Source: Brevibacterium luteolum
GTDB lineage: Bacteria > Actinomycetota > Actinomycetes > Actinomycetales > Brevibacteriaceae
DNA: 64,000 nt
Direction: 5' to 3'
Assembly (NCBI RefSeq): GCF_013004595.1
Contig: NZ_JABEMC010000008.1
Span: 1 to 64,000 of the forward strand
The notes under the pieces were generated by a model. That model searched no databases, was not told the DNA's origin, and worked only from the letters and a program-made list of their open reading frames with translations. Shown here one piece after another: positions 21,377 to 31,538 of the stretch. The first letter of the stretch is position 1; every line of letters starts with the position of its first letter. The position numbers were made by a program, and so were the translations under genes.

Positions 21377-21499
21377 CGTTGCGACTCCCTCTCCCTTGAG
21401 CGATGTGGCCCGCGCCACGTTGTCAGTCAGGATGTCGCACGCATGCAGGGCTGGCTATGTGAATCGGGTACAGACTTCCGGCCGTCGCCTGTCAGATCG

Positions 21500-23179
21500 T
21501 CACAGGGCTGTCGTTGGTGTCGTGCGGGCCGCTAGCACGGCAGCCATGCGCACGGCAGTCTCCGCGCGATACCGGTCGTCGGTGCGGGCGAAGCTGAGGT
21601 CGAGCAGTTCTTCGATGCGGGCGATGCGGTTGCGCACAGTGTTGTAGTGCACGTGGAGCTCGGCTGCGGTGTCGCCGAGGTGTCGGTCGTTGGCCAGGTA
21701 CGAGCTGATGGTTGTCATGTAGTGCGTTCCGTGGCGCTCGTCATGGGCAATGATCGGCCCGAACGTGTCCGTCACCATCGCCTGGAGCTGGGCATTAGGG
21801 ATGCTCGCCAGCCCCTGAAGACCCAGAGCCCGGGCGCTGGCGAACCCGTCGATGCTGGTCTGCGGGTTGGACATGCCCACGGTGCATGCGGCCCGTGCTT
21901 CATCGTAGGAGATGGACACCTCATGCAGCTGTTCTGTGCGACGTCCGATACCGGCGACGAATCTGCGGCTGTCGCCTGGGCTTCCTTCGGCCGTGCCTTT
22001 TCGCTTCCGACGATGCTCTTCGCGGCCAAGCAGATCTGCGATCTGAAGTGAGAGCTCTTCTTCCGACCCGCCGTTGCCGATGATGACGACAGTGGACTCA
22101 TCGCGATGATCGACAAGATAGTCCGGGAACGTCGTGCGCAGGTCGCTGTGGAAGCGCTCAGAGATCTGATCGGCCTGGTCCCGTGCTCTGATGACGATAA
22201 CCCGTGCATCTGATCCGATCGGTGAGCACCCGATGAGCGCGAGTCGCCGCTGAATATGGGCCGAATTGGTAAAGTTGCCGGTCAGCAGCTTCTCCTGGAG
22301 GTCTCCGCGTAGCGTCTCGATTGTCGCCGACCGCTCGCAGAGGCGCAGCAGCTGAAGCTTGAGCGCATGAAGAGCGATCCGGGCAGACGGCTCGGTGAGG
22401 GTCGTGTCCTCATCGACGCAGGACAGGTGCACCGTCAGTCTGCTCTGCGGGCTGAGCCGGCTGGAGATTTCTACTCCATGGCATGATGCCCGGTCTGGAC
22501 CGGATGCTCCGATGACTGAATTGTGGCGGTCATGCAGTTCGATCCGGGCGTTGAGGTAAACCGCGACTGCATCCAGAGCGTGATTGACCGCCGATGCCGA
22601 GCTCAGCAGCTCGACCAATTCGATGGCCGACGTCAGGTGGGAGTCGGCTGCTTCGGCTCGTCGCCGGGCGTCGCTGGCCCGAGCTTCTGCCAGGCGGACG
22701 CGATCGAGCTGCGCCAGGCGCACCGAGAGATGGTCGGCGATCGACTCCAGCTCGTCGATGTCCTCTGAAGTCCAATTCCGCTGCCGTCGGTCTGCGGCAT
22801 ACAGCACCCCAAGCGCTGCGTCGTGTGCCATGAGCGGAGACACGAGCACTGACCCGATCTTCTCGTTGTCGATCAGCCGTTTGGCGGGCACCCTGCGTGA
22901 GTCGTGCAGATAGTTGCTGCTCTTCTGCGTGCGCTGCAGCGACGCAGCCTTCCCGCCGATTCCCTCACCGACGGCCAGATGCCAGTCCGCTGCCATCTCT
23001 GGCGTCTGAAGTCCGTGGTGGGCTCCGATGTGCATCTCAGCATCAGCCTTGACCACACCCGTCCATGAGATGTCGCACTGCACCACCGCGACGACATGGC
23101 GGACCGCCGCCTGCATCGCCTGAGTTGAATTGTTCGCTGTCAGAAGGGACGAAAGAAACTGTCCCGTTTCAGCTGCCAT
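21500..23179 (-). CDS. GAF-domain PucR/CdaR-family transcriptional activator
   Basis: N-terminal GAF (GEGIGG, LGVLYAADR); C-terminal HTH TAAELHVHYNTVRNRIARIEELL. Confidence 0.88.
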   Translation of the reverse strand: MAAETGQFLSSLLTANNSTQAMQAAVRHVVAVVQCDISWTGVVKADAEMHIGAHHGLQTPEMAADWHLAVGEGIGGKAASLQRTQKSSNYLHDSRRVPAKRLIDNEKIGSVLVSPLMAHDAALGVLYAADRRQRNWTSEDIDELESIADHLSVRLAQLDRVRLAEARASDARRRAEAADSHLTSAIELVELLSSASAVNHALDAVAVYLNARIELHDRHNSVIGASGPDRASCHGVEISSRLSPQSRLTVHLSCVDEDTTLTEPSARIALHALKLQLLRLCERSATIETLRGDLQEKLLTGNFTNSAHIQRRLALIGCSPIGSDARVIVIRARDQADQISERFHSDLRTTFPDYLVDHRDESTVVIIGNGGSEEELSLQIADLLGREEHRRKRKGTAEGSPGDSRRFVAGIGRRTEQLHEVSISYDEARAACTVGMSNPQTSIDGFASARALGLQGLASIPNAQLQAMVTDTFGPIIAHDERHGTHYMTTISSYLANDRHLGDTAAELHVHYNTVRNRIARIEELLDLSFARTDDRYRAETAVRMAAVLAARTTPTTAL

Positions 23180-23468
23180 CGAAGTCCGATCTGCGAAGTG
23201 CCAGTGGAGCCCTCATCTTAGGGGAGCCTGCGGCACAGCGAGGGGGCTTCTCACAGCTTGTACACGACCGACTGACAGCAAGACACGCGGACACTCGCAG
23301 CCGGATTCTCCCAGGCAGTCTCAGGCTTGAGCGCTAACCTGGTTCAGTACCGACGCGACGTCCCCGTGCGGCGCAGTTGCCGCACCCCGCGTCACACCGC
23401 CTCCGGAGCGTGCGACCTGCCCCATGACGAGGACGTGAGAGCGCACGCCAGCAGACGGGAGGCAGCCG

Positions 23469-24953
23469 ATGGCCGAGCGCAGGCCCCTGAAGTACATCGA
23501 CCCGGTGCGCTATCCGGAGCATGCCAACCAGCCGGTGCGCAACGCCCGCGGCTGGATCCTGCTCGCGTCAACGGTCCTCGTGCCCGGCTCCGTGCAGTCG
23601 CTGTTTCGGGTACGCCGCTGGGCGAAGATCTCCCTCATCCTCACCCTCATCGGCTGGGCGCTGCTGCTCATCGCCGCGCTGACGGCGATCTTCGCCCGCG
23701 GCTTCCTCATCACCTTGGGCACCAACCCGTTCGTGCTCACCGGCGTCACCGCCTTCCTCGCCGTCTACACGCTCAACTGGATCGTGTGCCTGCTCGACAC
23801 TGTGCGCCGGGTGAAACTCGTGACGCTGTCACCGAAGGTCCGCCGCACATTCCTGGCCGCCAGCCTCGTGTGCACGCTCGTCATCGGCGGGGGACTGGCG
23901 TGGGGGACGATGATGATCAACAGCCAGCGTCAGCTCATGACCGATGTGTTCGCCGCCGGCTGGGGTCAGCGCGCCGTCGACGGCCGCTACAACATCCTGT
24001 TGCTCGGCTCCGACGCCGGCAAGGGCCGCACCGGCATCCGGCCTGACAGCCTCTCGCTCATCTCGATCGATGCGAAGACCGGCAAGGCTGTGAGCATCGG
24101 GATGCCGCGCAACATGCAGAACGTGCCCTTTCCCGAGGAGTCGCCGCTGCACAAGCACTATCCGCAGGGATTCAACTGCGGCGACGAGTGCATCCTCAAC
24201 GCCGTCTACCAGCAGGGTGAGAAGCACGCCGACGAGTTCGACGGCAAGACCCCCGCCGGCATCCAGGCGACCAAGGACGCCGCCGAAGGCATCACTGGGC
24301 TCAAAGTGCAGTATTACGCGATGATCGACCTCAAAGGCTTCGAGCAGCTCATCGACGCCATGGGCGGCATCGACATCGTCTCCGGCAAACGCGTGCCGAT
24401 CTCCTCGAAGGTCAACCCGAAGACCGGCAAGCACGGCCCGGTCAAAGGCTGGATCGAACCCGGCGAACAGCACCTCGACGGCTACCACGCGCTGTGGTAC
24501 GCCCGCTCCCGCGAGTTCTCCAGCGACTATGAGCGCATGGTTCGGCAGCGCTGCGTGCAGCAGGCGATGCTCAAGCAGCTCGATGCCTCGACGGTGATGC
24601 TGCGGTTCCAGGACATCGCCAAAGCCGCTCCCGAGGTGGTCTCCACTGATATCCCGCAGCTGCAGGTTGATAAGTTCGTCGACCTGGCGATGAAGTCGCG
24701 GGAGCACCAGATGGAATCGCTCAACCTCACCCCGCCGAAGGTCAACCCGACCCACCCGGACTTCGGTGCCGTCCACGAGCTCGTCTCCTCGACGATTGAG
24801 GCCTCCGAGAAGAACGCCGAGGACACCGCCGCGGGCCTCTCCGCTCTGGCTGGCGTGGCCCTGGCCACCGGCGGCATGCACATCACCGCAGCCCAGCCGG
24901 AGGGCGGCAATGGCACGGACGAGGACGACAAGGCCATCTGCCACGTCCCTTGA
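23469..24953 (+). CDS. LytR-CpsA-Psr (LCP) family cell-wall polymer ligase
   Basis: N-terminal TM helices; NILLLGSD, RPDS, PRN, ALWYARSR and SDYERMVRQ. Confidence 0.92.
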   Translation: MAERRPLKYIDPVRYPEHANQPVRNARGWILLASTVLVPGSVQSLFRVRRWAKISLILTLIGWALLLIAALTAIFARGFLITLGTNPFVLTGVTAFLAVYTLNWIVCLLDTVRRVKLVTLSPKVRRTFLAASLVCTLVIGGGLAWGTMMINSQRQLMTDVFAAGWGQRAVDGRYNILLLGSDAGKGRTGIRPDSLSLISIDAKTGKAVSIGMPRNMQNVPFPEESPLHKHYPQGFNCGDECILNAVYQQGEKHADEFDGKTPAGIQATKDAAEGITGLKVQYYAMIDLKGFEQLIDAMGGIDIVSGKRVPISSKVNPKTGKHGPVKGWIEPGEQHLDGYHALWYARSREFSSDYERMVRQRCVQQAMLKQLDASTVMLRFQDIAKAAPEVVSTDIPQLQVDKFVDLAMKSREHQMESLNLTPPKVNPTHPDFGAVHELVSSTIEASEKNAEDTAAGLSALAGVALATGGMHITAAQPEGGNGTDEDDKAICHVP

Positions 24954-25155
24954 CCGGTCGTCCAGCCCGGTTTCCGCACTGACTCCCCACCGCCTCGGCG
25001 GCGGTGCTCCCGTGACCCGGATGTCAGCAATCTCACCGAGTTCGCAAGGGGATCACAAAAAATTTTCAGCCCTCTCGAAGCGCATGAACACGCGGAACGA
25101 CATCGTTGTAATTCTTCTCACGAGGGATTTTTCAAAGCGACACGCCGCGAAGTAT

Positions 25156-25174
25156 GTAACAATTCTGTCATGTT
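25156..25174 (+). promoter_or_regulatory. candidate MtrA box upstream of autolysin
   Basis: GTAACAAT-tct-GTCATGTT direct repeat with 11-bp period in AT-rich promoter DNA. Confidence 0.5.
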
Positions 25175-25212
25175 GAGCTGATTCGTCATCTTGCCAATGA
25201 CGGCAATCACTC

Positions 25213-27897
25213 GTGAAGCCTATCTTCCCTGTCTTCCTCGCAAAGGCTGAAACGATGAGAATACTGATACCCGCTGTGGCGACGTGTGCCGCAGCCGTCA
25301 TGACCTCGACCCTGGGACTGGTGTTGCCGGCCTCGGCCGACACCGTCACGCCCGACGTCGAGAAGAAGTCGCTGACCGATGTCAGCGAGCCAGGTCTCGA
25401 AGCCCCCGGCGCCCGCGCAGCCTCCGGCAGCGCAGCCGATGCGGCGAATCAGTCGATGACCAATCTGCCCAACCTCATGAAGTCCGATGCGTTCATCCAG
25501 CAGATGAGCGTCGGCAGCTCCGGCGTCTTCGGCGCCAGCGCCGCACCGATGAGCACCGCCCCGGGCGAGCTCGGCGGCGGCGAGGCCCCTGAAACCGGAG
25601 GCGGCTCGGACGAATCCACCGAGGCCCCGACTGAGACGAGCAAGCCGGACATGTCCGGCAGCGTCCAGGAGAAGACCGAAGACGGCGTCAACATCGCTGC
25701 GATCTCCGACGTCCTCGACGTGCCCGCCGGCCGCTCCTCGGTCATCGGCGCGGCCTACCAGGGCACCACCAACGTCACCATCGAGGTGCGCGTGCAGTCC
25801 GCCGACGGCTGGTCGCCGTGGGAGGAAGTCGAGCACGAGAACGGCCAGGGAGAGGGCACCGAGGGCACTGAGCCCTTCATCGTCAACTCCGCCACCGCCG
25901 TGCAGATGCGCGTGCTGGGCGAGGCCGCGCCGCAGAAGGCCGAACTCGTCCTCGTCGACCCGAAGTCCTCACCGGCAGACGCCGATGCCGTGGCCAGCAA
26001 CGCCCCGGTCGTTGACGCCGCTGGCGCGACTGACGGCGCTGAGACTGAGGGAACTGCTGACACCGGGGCCGGAGATCCGGCCGGGGAAACCGATGCGCAG
26101 CAGCCCGAGCACGACGCACAGAACGCCGCCTACGTCCCTGGTGACGCCGCTGTGGCGAACACCTCGTTGAAGAAGGTGCCCAAGCCCTCGATCGGCTCCC
26201 GCAAGTCCTGGGGTGCCAAGGAGAGCCTGCGCAAGGGCAAGCCGAGCTACGCCAACGGCGTCAAGGCCACCGTCATCCACCACACCGCAGGCTCGAACAA
26301 CTACAAGGCCTCCGATGTGCCGGGCATCCTGCGCGGCATCTACAGCTTCCACACCAAGGGCCGCGGCTGGTCCGACGTCGGCTACAACGTGCTCGCCGAC
26401 AAGTACGGCCGCCTGTGGGAGGGCCGTGCCGGAGGACTCGACCGGGCCGTCATCGGCGCCCACGTCGCCGGCTACAACACCGGCACGTTCGGCATCTCGG
26501 TGATGGGCACCTTCGAGAAGTCCGCACCGCCGAATGAGACCCTGCGCGCCGTCGAGCACGCGATTGCCTGGAAGCTCTCGGCCAACGGCGTGCCCGCCAA
26601 GGGCAAGACGACCGTGGCCGGCAAGCGGATCAACACGATCGTCGGTCACCGGGACCTCGGCAACACCTCGTGCCCGGGAGCTGCTTTCTACTCCAAGATC
26701 GGCGGCATGCGCAATGCCATCGAGAAGATGCAGAAGGACGGTTCGGGCCCGAAGGAGGAGAAGCCAAAGGAGGACAAGCCGAAGCCGAAGCCGCCGAAGC
26801 AGACTCCGATCGACAAGTACGCCGAGAAGAACGCCGACAAGCTCGGCAAGGCCACCGGCAAGGAGTACGGCTTCCAGGGCGGCACCGCCCGCGACTTCGA
26901 GAAGGGCGCGGTCTTCCACAAGAACGGCAAGACCTTCCTGCTCAAGGGCGCGATCCGGAGCATGTACAAGGATTCGATGCGCGACACGCTCGGCTTCCCG
27001 ACCTCCGATGAGCGCGGCGGCCTGAAGAACGGCGGTGTCTACCAGAAGTTCGAGAAGGGCTCGGTGCACTGGACGAGCGCCACCGGCGCGCAGCCGACGC
27101 ACGGCATCCTGCAGAAGTACTGGGGCTCGAAGGGCTACGAGAAGGGCCACCTCGGCTACCCGACTGAGGCGCCGAAGTGCTCCGACGGCCGCTGCGAGCA
27201 GGTCTTCGAAGGCGCTCGCCTGGTCTGGGCCAACGGCTACGGCACCACCGAGTTCTCGCCCACTGGTTCGATCGAGGGAGGGGCCCGGGATCACAACCGG
27301 GCCTCGCCCCCGGGCGACGACAACGATTCGCCTGCTGACGACGGGGAAGGTCCAGCAGACGACGACAAGAACAACAAGGACGATAAGAAGAAGGACGATT
27401 CCAAGAAGAAGGACGATTCCAAGAAGAAGGACGATTCCAAGAAGAAGGACGATTCCAAGAAGAAGGATGATTCCAAAAAGAAGGATGACTCCAAAAAGGA
27501 CAAGCCCAAGAAGGATGAGAAGAAGTCCAAGGCTCAGCAGGAGAAGGAGCTGCGGGACAACATCATCAAGACCGCCCGCAAGGGCATGGGCGTCCGCTAC
27601 GTCTGGGGCGGCAACACCACCAAGGGCTGGGACTGCTCGGGCTACACCGTGTGGGTCTACAAGCAGAACGGCATCAACCTGCCGCGCCACACCTCGGCGC
27701 AGAAGGCTGCCGGCAAGGTGATCCCGGCCTCGCAGGCCAAGCCCGGTGACCTCATCTGGGTCCCTGGCCACATCGGCATCGTCTCCGAGACGAAGGGCCA
27801 GATGTACGACGCCGGCTCCAAGCGCACGGGCACCACGAAGCGCTCGTACAGCTGGATGCTCAAGCGCGGCGCGGTCTTCGTCCGAGTCATCGACTGA
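25213..27897 (+). CDS. secreted autolysin: N-acetylmuramoyl-L-alanine amidase + LGFP repeats + NlpC/P60 (start may be ATG 25255)
   Basis: signal peptide; HHTAGSN, GWSDVGYN, GHRD and TSCPG amidase motifs; LGFP/LGYP repeats; WDCSG...HIGI NlpC/P60. Confidence 0.9.
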   Translation: MKPIFPVFLAKAETMRILIPAVATCAAAVMTSTLGLVLPASADTVTPDVEKKSLTDVSEPGLEAPGARAASGSAADAANQSMTNLPNLMKSDAFIQQMSVGSSGVFGASAAPMSTAPGELGGGEAPETGGGSDESTEAPTETSKPDMSGSVQEKTEDGVNIAAISDVLDVPAGRSSVIGAAYQGTTNVTIEVRVQSADGWSPWEEVEHENGQGEGTEGTEPFIVNSATAVQMRVLGEAAPQKAELVLVDPKSSPADADAVASNAPVVDAAGATDGAETEGTADTGAGDPAGETDAQQPEHDAQNAAYVPGDAAVANTSLKKVPKPSIGSRKSWGAKESLRKGKPSYANGVKATVIHHTAGSNNYKASDVPGILRGIYSFHTKGRGWSDVGYNVLADKYGRLWEGRAGGLDRAVIGAHVAGYNTGTFGISVMGTFEKSAPPNETLRAVEHAIAWKLSANGVPAKGKTTVAGKRINTIVGHRDLGNTSCPGAAFYSKIGGMRNAIEKMQKDGSGPKEEKPKEDKPKPKPPKQTPIDKYAEKNADKLGKATGKEYGFQGGTARDFEKGAVFHKNGKTFLLKGAIRSMYKDSMRDTLGFPTSDERGGLKNGGVYQKFEKGSVHWTSATGAQPTHGILQKYWGSKGYEKGHLGYPTEAPKCSDGRCEQVFEGARLVWANGYGTTEFSPTGSIEGGARDHNRASPPGDDNDSPADDGEGPADDDKNNKDDKKKDDSKKKDDSKKKDDSKKKDDSKKKDDSKKKDDSKKDKPKKDEKKSKAQQEKELRDNIIKTARKGMGVRYVWGGNTTKGWDCSGYTVWVYKQNGINLPRHTSAQKAAGKVIPASQAKPGDLIWVPGHIGIVSETKGQMYDAGSKRTGTTKRSYSWMLKRGAVFVRVID
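27385..27492 (+). repeat. 18-bp tandem repeat x6 encoding KKKDDS
   Basis: AAGAAGAAGGACGATTCC: four exact copies plus two with synonymous changes. Confidence 0.95.
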
Positions 27898-27907
27898 CAC
27901 CACTGCC

Positions 27908-27944
27908 ACAGGCGCCTCGCACCCTCCCGGTGCGGGGCGCCTGT
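27908..27944 (+). terminator. hairpin terminator after autolysin
   Basis: ACAGGCGCCTCGCACC-ctccc-GGTGCGGGGCGCCTGT. Confidence 0.7.
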
Positions 27945-28053
27945 TGCATTCCCAGGACACCTCGGCGTCACCTGCGGTTCACAGCTGCCGCCTACGGTTG
28001 GTCTTCGTCCTCGTGCAGCCCTAGGCTGACACCATCGAAGCGAAGGGAAAGAC

Positions 28054-29274
28054 GTGCGGTTCCTGTCAAACACAGTTCAGCGCTACGCCTGGGGGGCACC
28101 CAGCGGCATCCCCGAGATCCTCGGCCAGCCTGTCACCGGCGAGCCGGCCGCAGAGCTGTGGATGGGCGCCCATCCTGTCGCCCCCTCCCAGCTGCTCGAC
28201 GCCGACGGCCAGCCGGTCGCCTCGCTGCTCGAATGGGTTGAGACCGCACCCGAGGCGACACTTGGGAAGGCATCGATCGGCGCCTTCGGCAACCGGCTGC
28301 CGTTCCTGCTCAAGATCCTCGCAGCGGAAACCGCCTTGTCGATCCAGGCGCACCCATCGCTGGACCAGGCACGTGCCGGCTACGCCCGCGAGAACGCCGC
28401 CGGCATCCCGCTCGATGCTCCTGAGCGGAACTACAAGGACGATTCGCACAAGCCCGAACTCATCTACGCGCTCACCGAATTCCACGCCCTGTGCGGTTTC
28501 CGCCGTCCGGAAGCAATCACTGCGATGCTCGACCGCTTCGCCTCAGCCCTCGACGCCGCTGGTGAGCAGACTCAGCTGCCGGCCCTGGCCGATTGGCGCG
28601 ACGCCCTGGCGTCTGAAAATCTGCAGCAGGCGACGGGCCTGCTGCTGCGTGAACGCGACACCTACGGCAGTCTCGCCGACACGCTTGCACACATCGCCAT
28701 AGACCCGGTGGCTGCCGACGATCCGTCACATGCAGGCTCGGCCGTCGACCCGGCCCTGACCCTGCGGGAAGTCCAGGCCGATTTCCCGCACGATCCCGGC
28801 GTGCTCGTCGCGCTCATGCTCAACCGGCTGCGGCTCGAGCCGGGCCAGGCGCTGGCCCTTGACGCCGGGATCCTGCACGCCTATCTCGGCGGGCTCGGCA
28901 TTGAGATCATGGCCTCGTCTGACAATGTGCTGCGCGGCGGACTGACGAGCAAGCACATCGACGTTGAGGAACTCGACGCCGTGGTGAGCTACACACCCGG
29001 CCAGCCTGAACTCGTCACTGCTGATGATTCCGGCGTGCTGCGCGGGCCGAGCGATGATTTCGCCCTCCAGGTCATCGACACCGCCGAGGACCAGGAGATC
29101 CACCGGGCCGGGCCGGCCCTCCTGCTGTGCACCTCGGGCACCTTCACCTGCAGCGACGGCACCCGCCTGCAGGCAGGCGACTCCGTGTTCCTCGCTGCCG
29201 AGGCCCCGGCGCTCACCGTCACCGGCTCCGGGCGGCTGTTCGTCGCCACCACCGGACTGCCTGATCAGTCCTGA
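28054..29274 (+). CDS. manA: mannose-6-phosphate isomerase class I
   Basis: YAWG, AELWMGAHP, LSIQAHP, NYKDDSHKPE, LHAY and SDNVLRGGLT. Confidence 0.96.
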   Translation: MRFLSNTVQRYAWGAPSGIPEILGQPVTGEPAAELWMGAHPVAPSQLLDADGQPVASLLEWVETAPEATLGKASIGAFGNRLPFLLKILAAETALSIQAHPSLDQARAGYARENAAGIPLDAPERNYKDDSHKPELIYALTEFHALCGFRRPEAITAMLDRFASALDAAGEQTQLPALADWRDALASENLQQATGLLLRERDTYGSLADTLAHIAIDPVAADDPSHAGSAVDPALTLREVQADFPHDPGVLVALMLNRLRLEPGQALALDAGILHAYLGGLGIEIMASSDNVLRGGLTSKHIDVEELDAVVSYTPGQPELVTADDSGVLRGPSDDFALQVIDTAEDQEIHRAGPALLLCTSGTFTCSDGTRLQAGDSVFLAAEAPALTVTGSGRLFVATTGLPDQS

Positions 29275-30014
29275 GCTACGGGAACGCGCGCACTGTCGCG
29301 GATCGCCTCCTGGTCGTCTTCCGTTCTGAATTCGACGACGATCTCTCCGCCGATTTCGGAGCGGGGGAATCCCACGAAGCCGAGCTGGTGGGAATCGGGG
29401 AGGAGACGTCGCGGGAGGACGGAGTTGAGGCCGTGGTCGACCTGCTCTCCACCGGGATTCCGGTAGACCGCTGACGTGACCGGTTCGATGCTTCGGTCGT
29501 AGGAGTGGAATCTGATGACGACGACGAGCAGCTGTTCGTCATCTGCTGACTGGGCAGCCGACAGCACCTCGAAGCCAGCGATATCGCGGGACGTGACCAT
29601 CTTTCCGTCGCCGATCACGAGGCGCTCGCCGACGCTGGTGCCGTTGGCTGAGAAGTCTGACAGCTTCCCGTCTTCGAACGTGAAGTCTGCGTAGTCGGTG
29701 CACCTGCCGTGCTGACACACCGATACCGCATCGTCAGCGACTTCGACATCGCTGCTGCGATGATCCAGCCCGTTGGCGTTGTTTGCCCTGGCCACATTCA
29801 GCTGATGAGCGAGATAGCGGGCCGCCGTGGAATCCTCGACAGCGGTGTCCGCGGCGTTCTCGATCTCCGCCGGATCGCTCGAGGCGAATGCGGTGAAGTA
29901 CGCGTCGACGACTGCCTTTTCCGATTCCGGTTCAGGCTCCGGAGCAACCCCGCTGCATCCGGCCAGCAGCAGTGCGGACCCGGCGGCTGCGGAGACGAGT
30001 GCGCTGATCTTCAT
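29265..30014 (-). CDS. hypothetical lipoprotein
   Basis: MKISALVSAAAGSALLLAGC lipobox; SD-like GAGG upstream. Confidence 0.75.
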   Translation of the reverse strand: MKISALVSAAAGSALLLAGCSGVAPEPEPESEKAVVDAYFTAFASSDPAEIENAADTAVEDSTAARYLAHQLNVARANNANGLDHRSSDVEVADDAVSVCQHGRCTDYADFTFEDGKLSDFSANGTSVGERLVIGDGKMVTSRDIAGFEVLSAAQSADDEQLLVVVIRFHSYDRSIEPVTSAVYRNPGGEQVDHGLNSVLPRRLLPDSHQLGFVGFPRSEIGGEIVVEFRTEDDQEAIRDSARVPVAQD

Positions 30015-30045
30015 GACGTCCTCACAGAATGGGAGCTGATCGGGA

Positions 30046-30073
30046 GCCGGCCGCCTCCGGCGAGGCGGCCGGC
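30046..30073. terminator. GC hairpin downstream of scoB
   Basis: GCCGGCCGCCTC-cggc-GAGGCGGCCGGC. Confidence 0.55.
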
Positions 30074-30085
30074 AGCCGACAGCGT

Positions 30086-30742
30086 CTAGAGCTGCATCTC
30101 CGGCACATCGCCGTCGACGTTGAGGGTGGCGCCGGTGGCCTCGCGGATCTCCTCGATACTGACACCGGGGGCACGTTCGACGAGGGTGAACGAGTCGCCC
30201 TCGACGTCGAGCACGGCGAGGTTCGTGATGACCCGCTGGACCACACCCTTGCCGGTCAGCGGCAGCTCGCACTCTTCAAGCAGCTTGTGCGAGCCGTCCT
30301 TGGCGACGTGGTCCATGATGACGAGGACCTTGCGGGCGCCGTGGACGAGGTCCATCGCTCCGCCCATGCCCTTGACCATCTTGCCGGGGATCATCCAGTT
30401 GGCGATGTCGCCGTTGACGGCGACCTGCATCGCCCCGAGGATCGCGACGTCGATCTTCGATCCGCGGATCATCCCGAAACTGGTGGCCGAGTCGAAGTAC
30501 GACGAACCCGGCAGCATCGTGACGGTCTCCTTGCCGGCGTTGATGAGGTCGGGGTCGAGCTCGTCCTCCGTCGGGTACGGGCCCACACCGAGCAGGCCGT
30601 TCTCGCTCTGGAGCACGAGGTGGACGCCCTCGGGCACGTAGTTCGGCACGAGGGTCGGCAGCCCGATGCCGAGGTTGACGTAGGCGCCGTCGGGCAGCTC
30701 CTGGGCGGCCCGTGCTGCGATCTGCTGTCTGGTCAGTGCCAT
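30086..30742 (-). CDS. scoB: 3-oxoacid CoA-transferase subunit B
   Basis: [14 protein letters not shown] (catalytic E) and GMGGAMDL. Confidence 0.93.
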   Translation of the reverse strand: MALTRQQIAARAAQELPDGAYVNLGIGLPTLVPNYVPEGVHLVLQSENGLLGVGPYPTEDELDPDLINAGKETVTMLPGSSYFDSATSFGMIRGSKIDVAILGAMQVAVNGDIANWMIPGKMVKGMGGAMDLVHGARKVLVIMDHVAKDGSHKLLEECELPLTGKGVVQRVITNLAVLDVEGDSFTLVERAPGVSIEEIREATGATLNVDGDVPEMQL

Positions 30743-30743
30743 C

Positions 30744-31514
30744 TCAAGCCTCCCGTAGGGTCTTCTTCTCAACCGGCTTGTCGGCGGCCTCTTCGGGGCT
30801 GAGCACGACGATCCGGTGGACGTAGATGCCCGGCAGATGCACGTCATCGGGTGCGATCTCACCGGCTTCGACGATCTCCTCGACCTCGGCGATCGTGATC
30901 CGTCCGGCCTGGGCGACCGGCGGGTTGAAGTTCCGGGCCGAGGAGTGGAAGACGAGGTTGCCGTGGCGGTCGGCCTTGGCCGCGCGCACGAGCGCGAAGT
31001 CGGCCGGCAGCGACTCTTCGAGCACGTACTCCTGCTTCTCACCGAAGGTCTCGAAGGTCTTCGTCTCCTTGGCGGGGGATTCCTTGACGACGTTGCCCTC
31101 GGAGTCGTACAGCCACGGCATGCCGCCCTCGGCGACCTGCGTGCCCGCGCCGGTGATCGTGTAGAAGGCCGGGATGCCCGCACCTGCCGCGCGCAGCTTC
31201 TCGGCCAGGGTGCCCTGCGGGGTGAGCTCGACTTCGAGCTCGCCGGAGAGGTACTGGCGGGCGAACTCCTTGTTCTCACCGACATAGGAGGCGATCATCC
31301 GCCCCACCTGCCCGGATTCGAGGAGCATGCCCAGTCCGCGGCCATCGAGGCCGGCGTTGTTGGAGATGAGCTCGAGATTGTCCGCGCCCTGGTCGCGGAG
31401 TGCGCGGATGAGGTACTCGGGCACGCCGACGACCCCGAATCCGCCCACTGCGATCGTCGACCCGCTCGCAATGTCCTTCACAGCCTCAGCTGCTGATGCA
31501 ACTACTTTGTCCAT
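30744..31514 (-). CDS. scoA: 3-oxoacid CoA-transferase subunit A
   Basis: [21 protein letters not shown] and ARNFN; CAGAAT-N6-ATG start. Confidence 0.93.
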   Translation of the reverse strand: MDKVVASAAEAVKDIASGSTIAVGGFGVVGVPEYLIRALRDQGADNLELISNNAGLDGRGLGMLLESGQVGRMIASYVGENKEFARQYLSGELEVELTPQGTLAEKLRAAGAGIPAFYTITGAGTQVAEGGMPWLYDSEGNVVKESPAKETKTFETFGEKQEYVLEESLPADFALVRAAKADRHGNLVFHSSARNFNPPVAQAGRITIAEVEEIVEAGEIAPDDVHLPGIYVHRIVVLSPEEAADKPVEKKTLREA

Positions 31515-31538
31515 GCCACCATTCTGGCATGACCCGGA

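Noticed and set aside
24960..25250. c-di-AMP (ydaO) riboswitch ahead of the cell-wall hydrolase
   Set aside because: Conserved ydaO blocks not visible by eye; an Rfam/Infernal scan would settle it
27385..27492. Possible CRISPR array
   Set aside because: Contiguous in-frame repeats with no spacers and no cas genes
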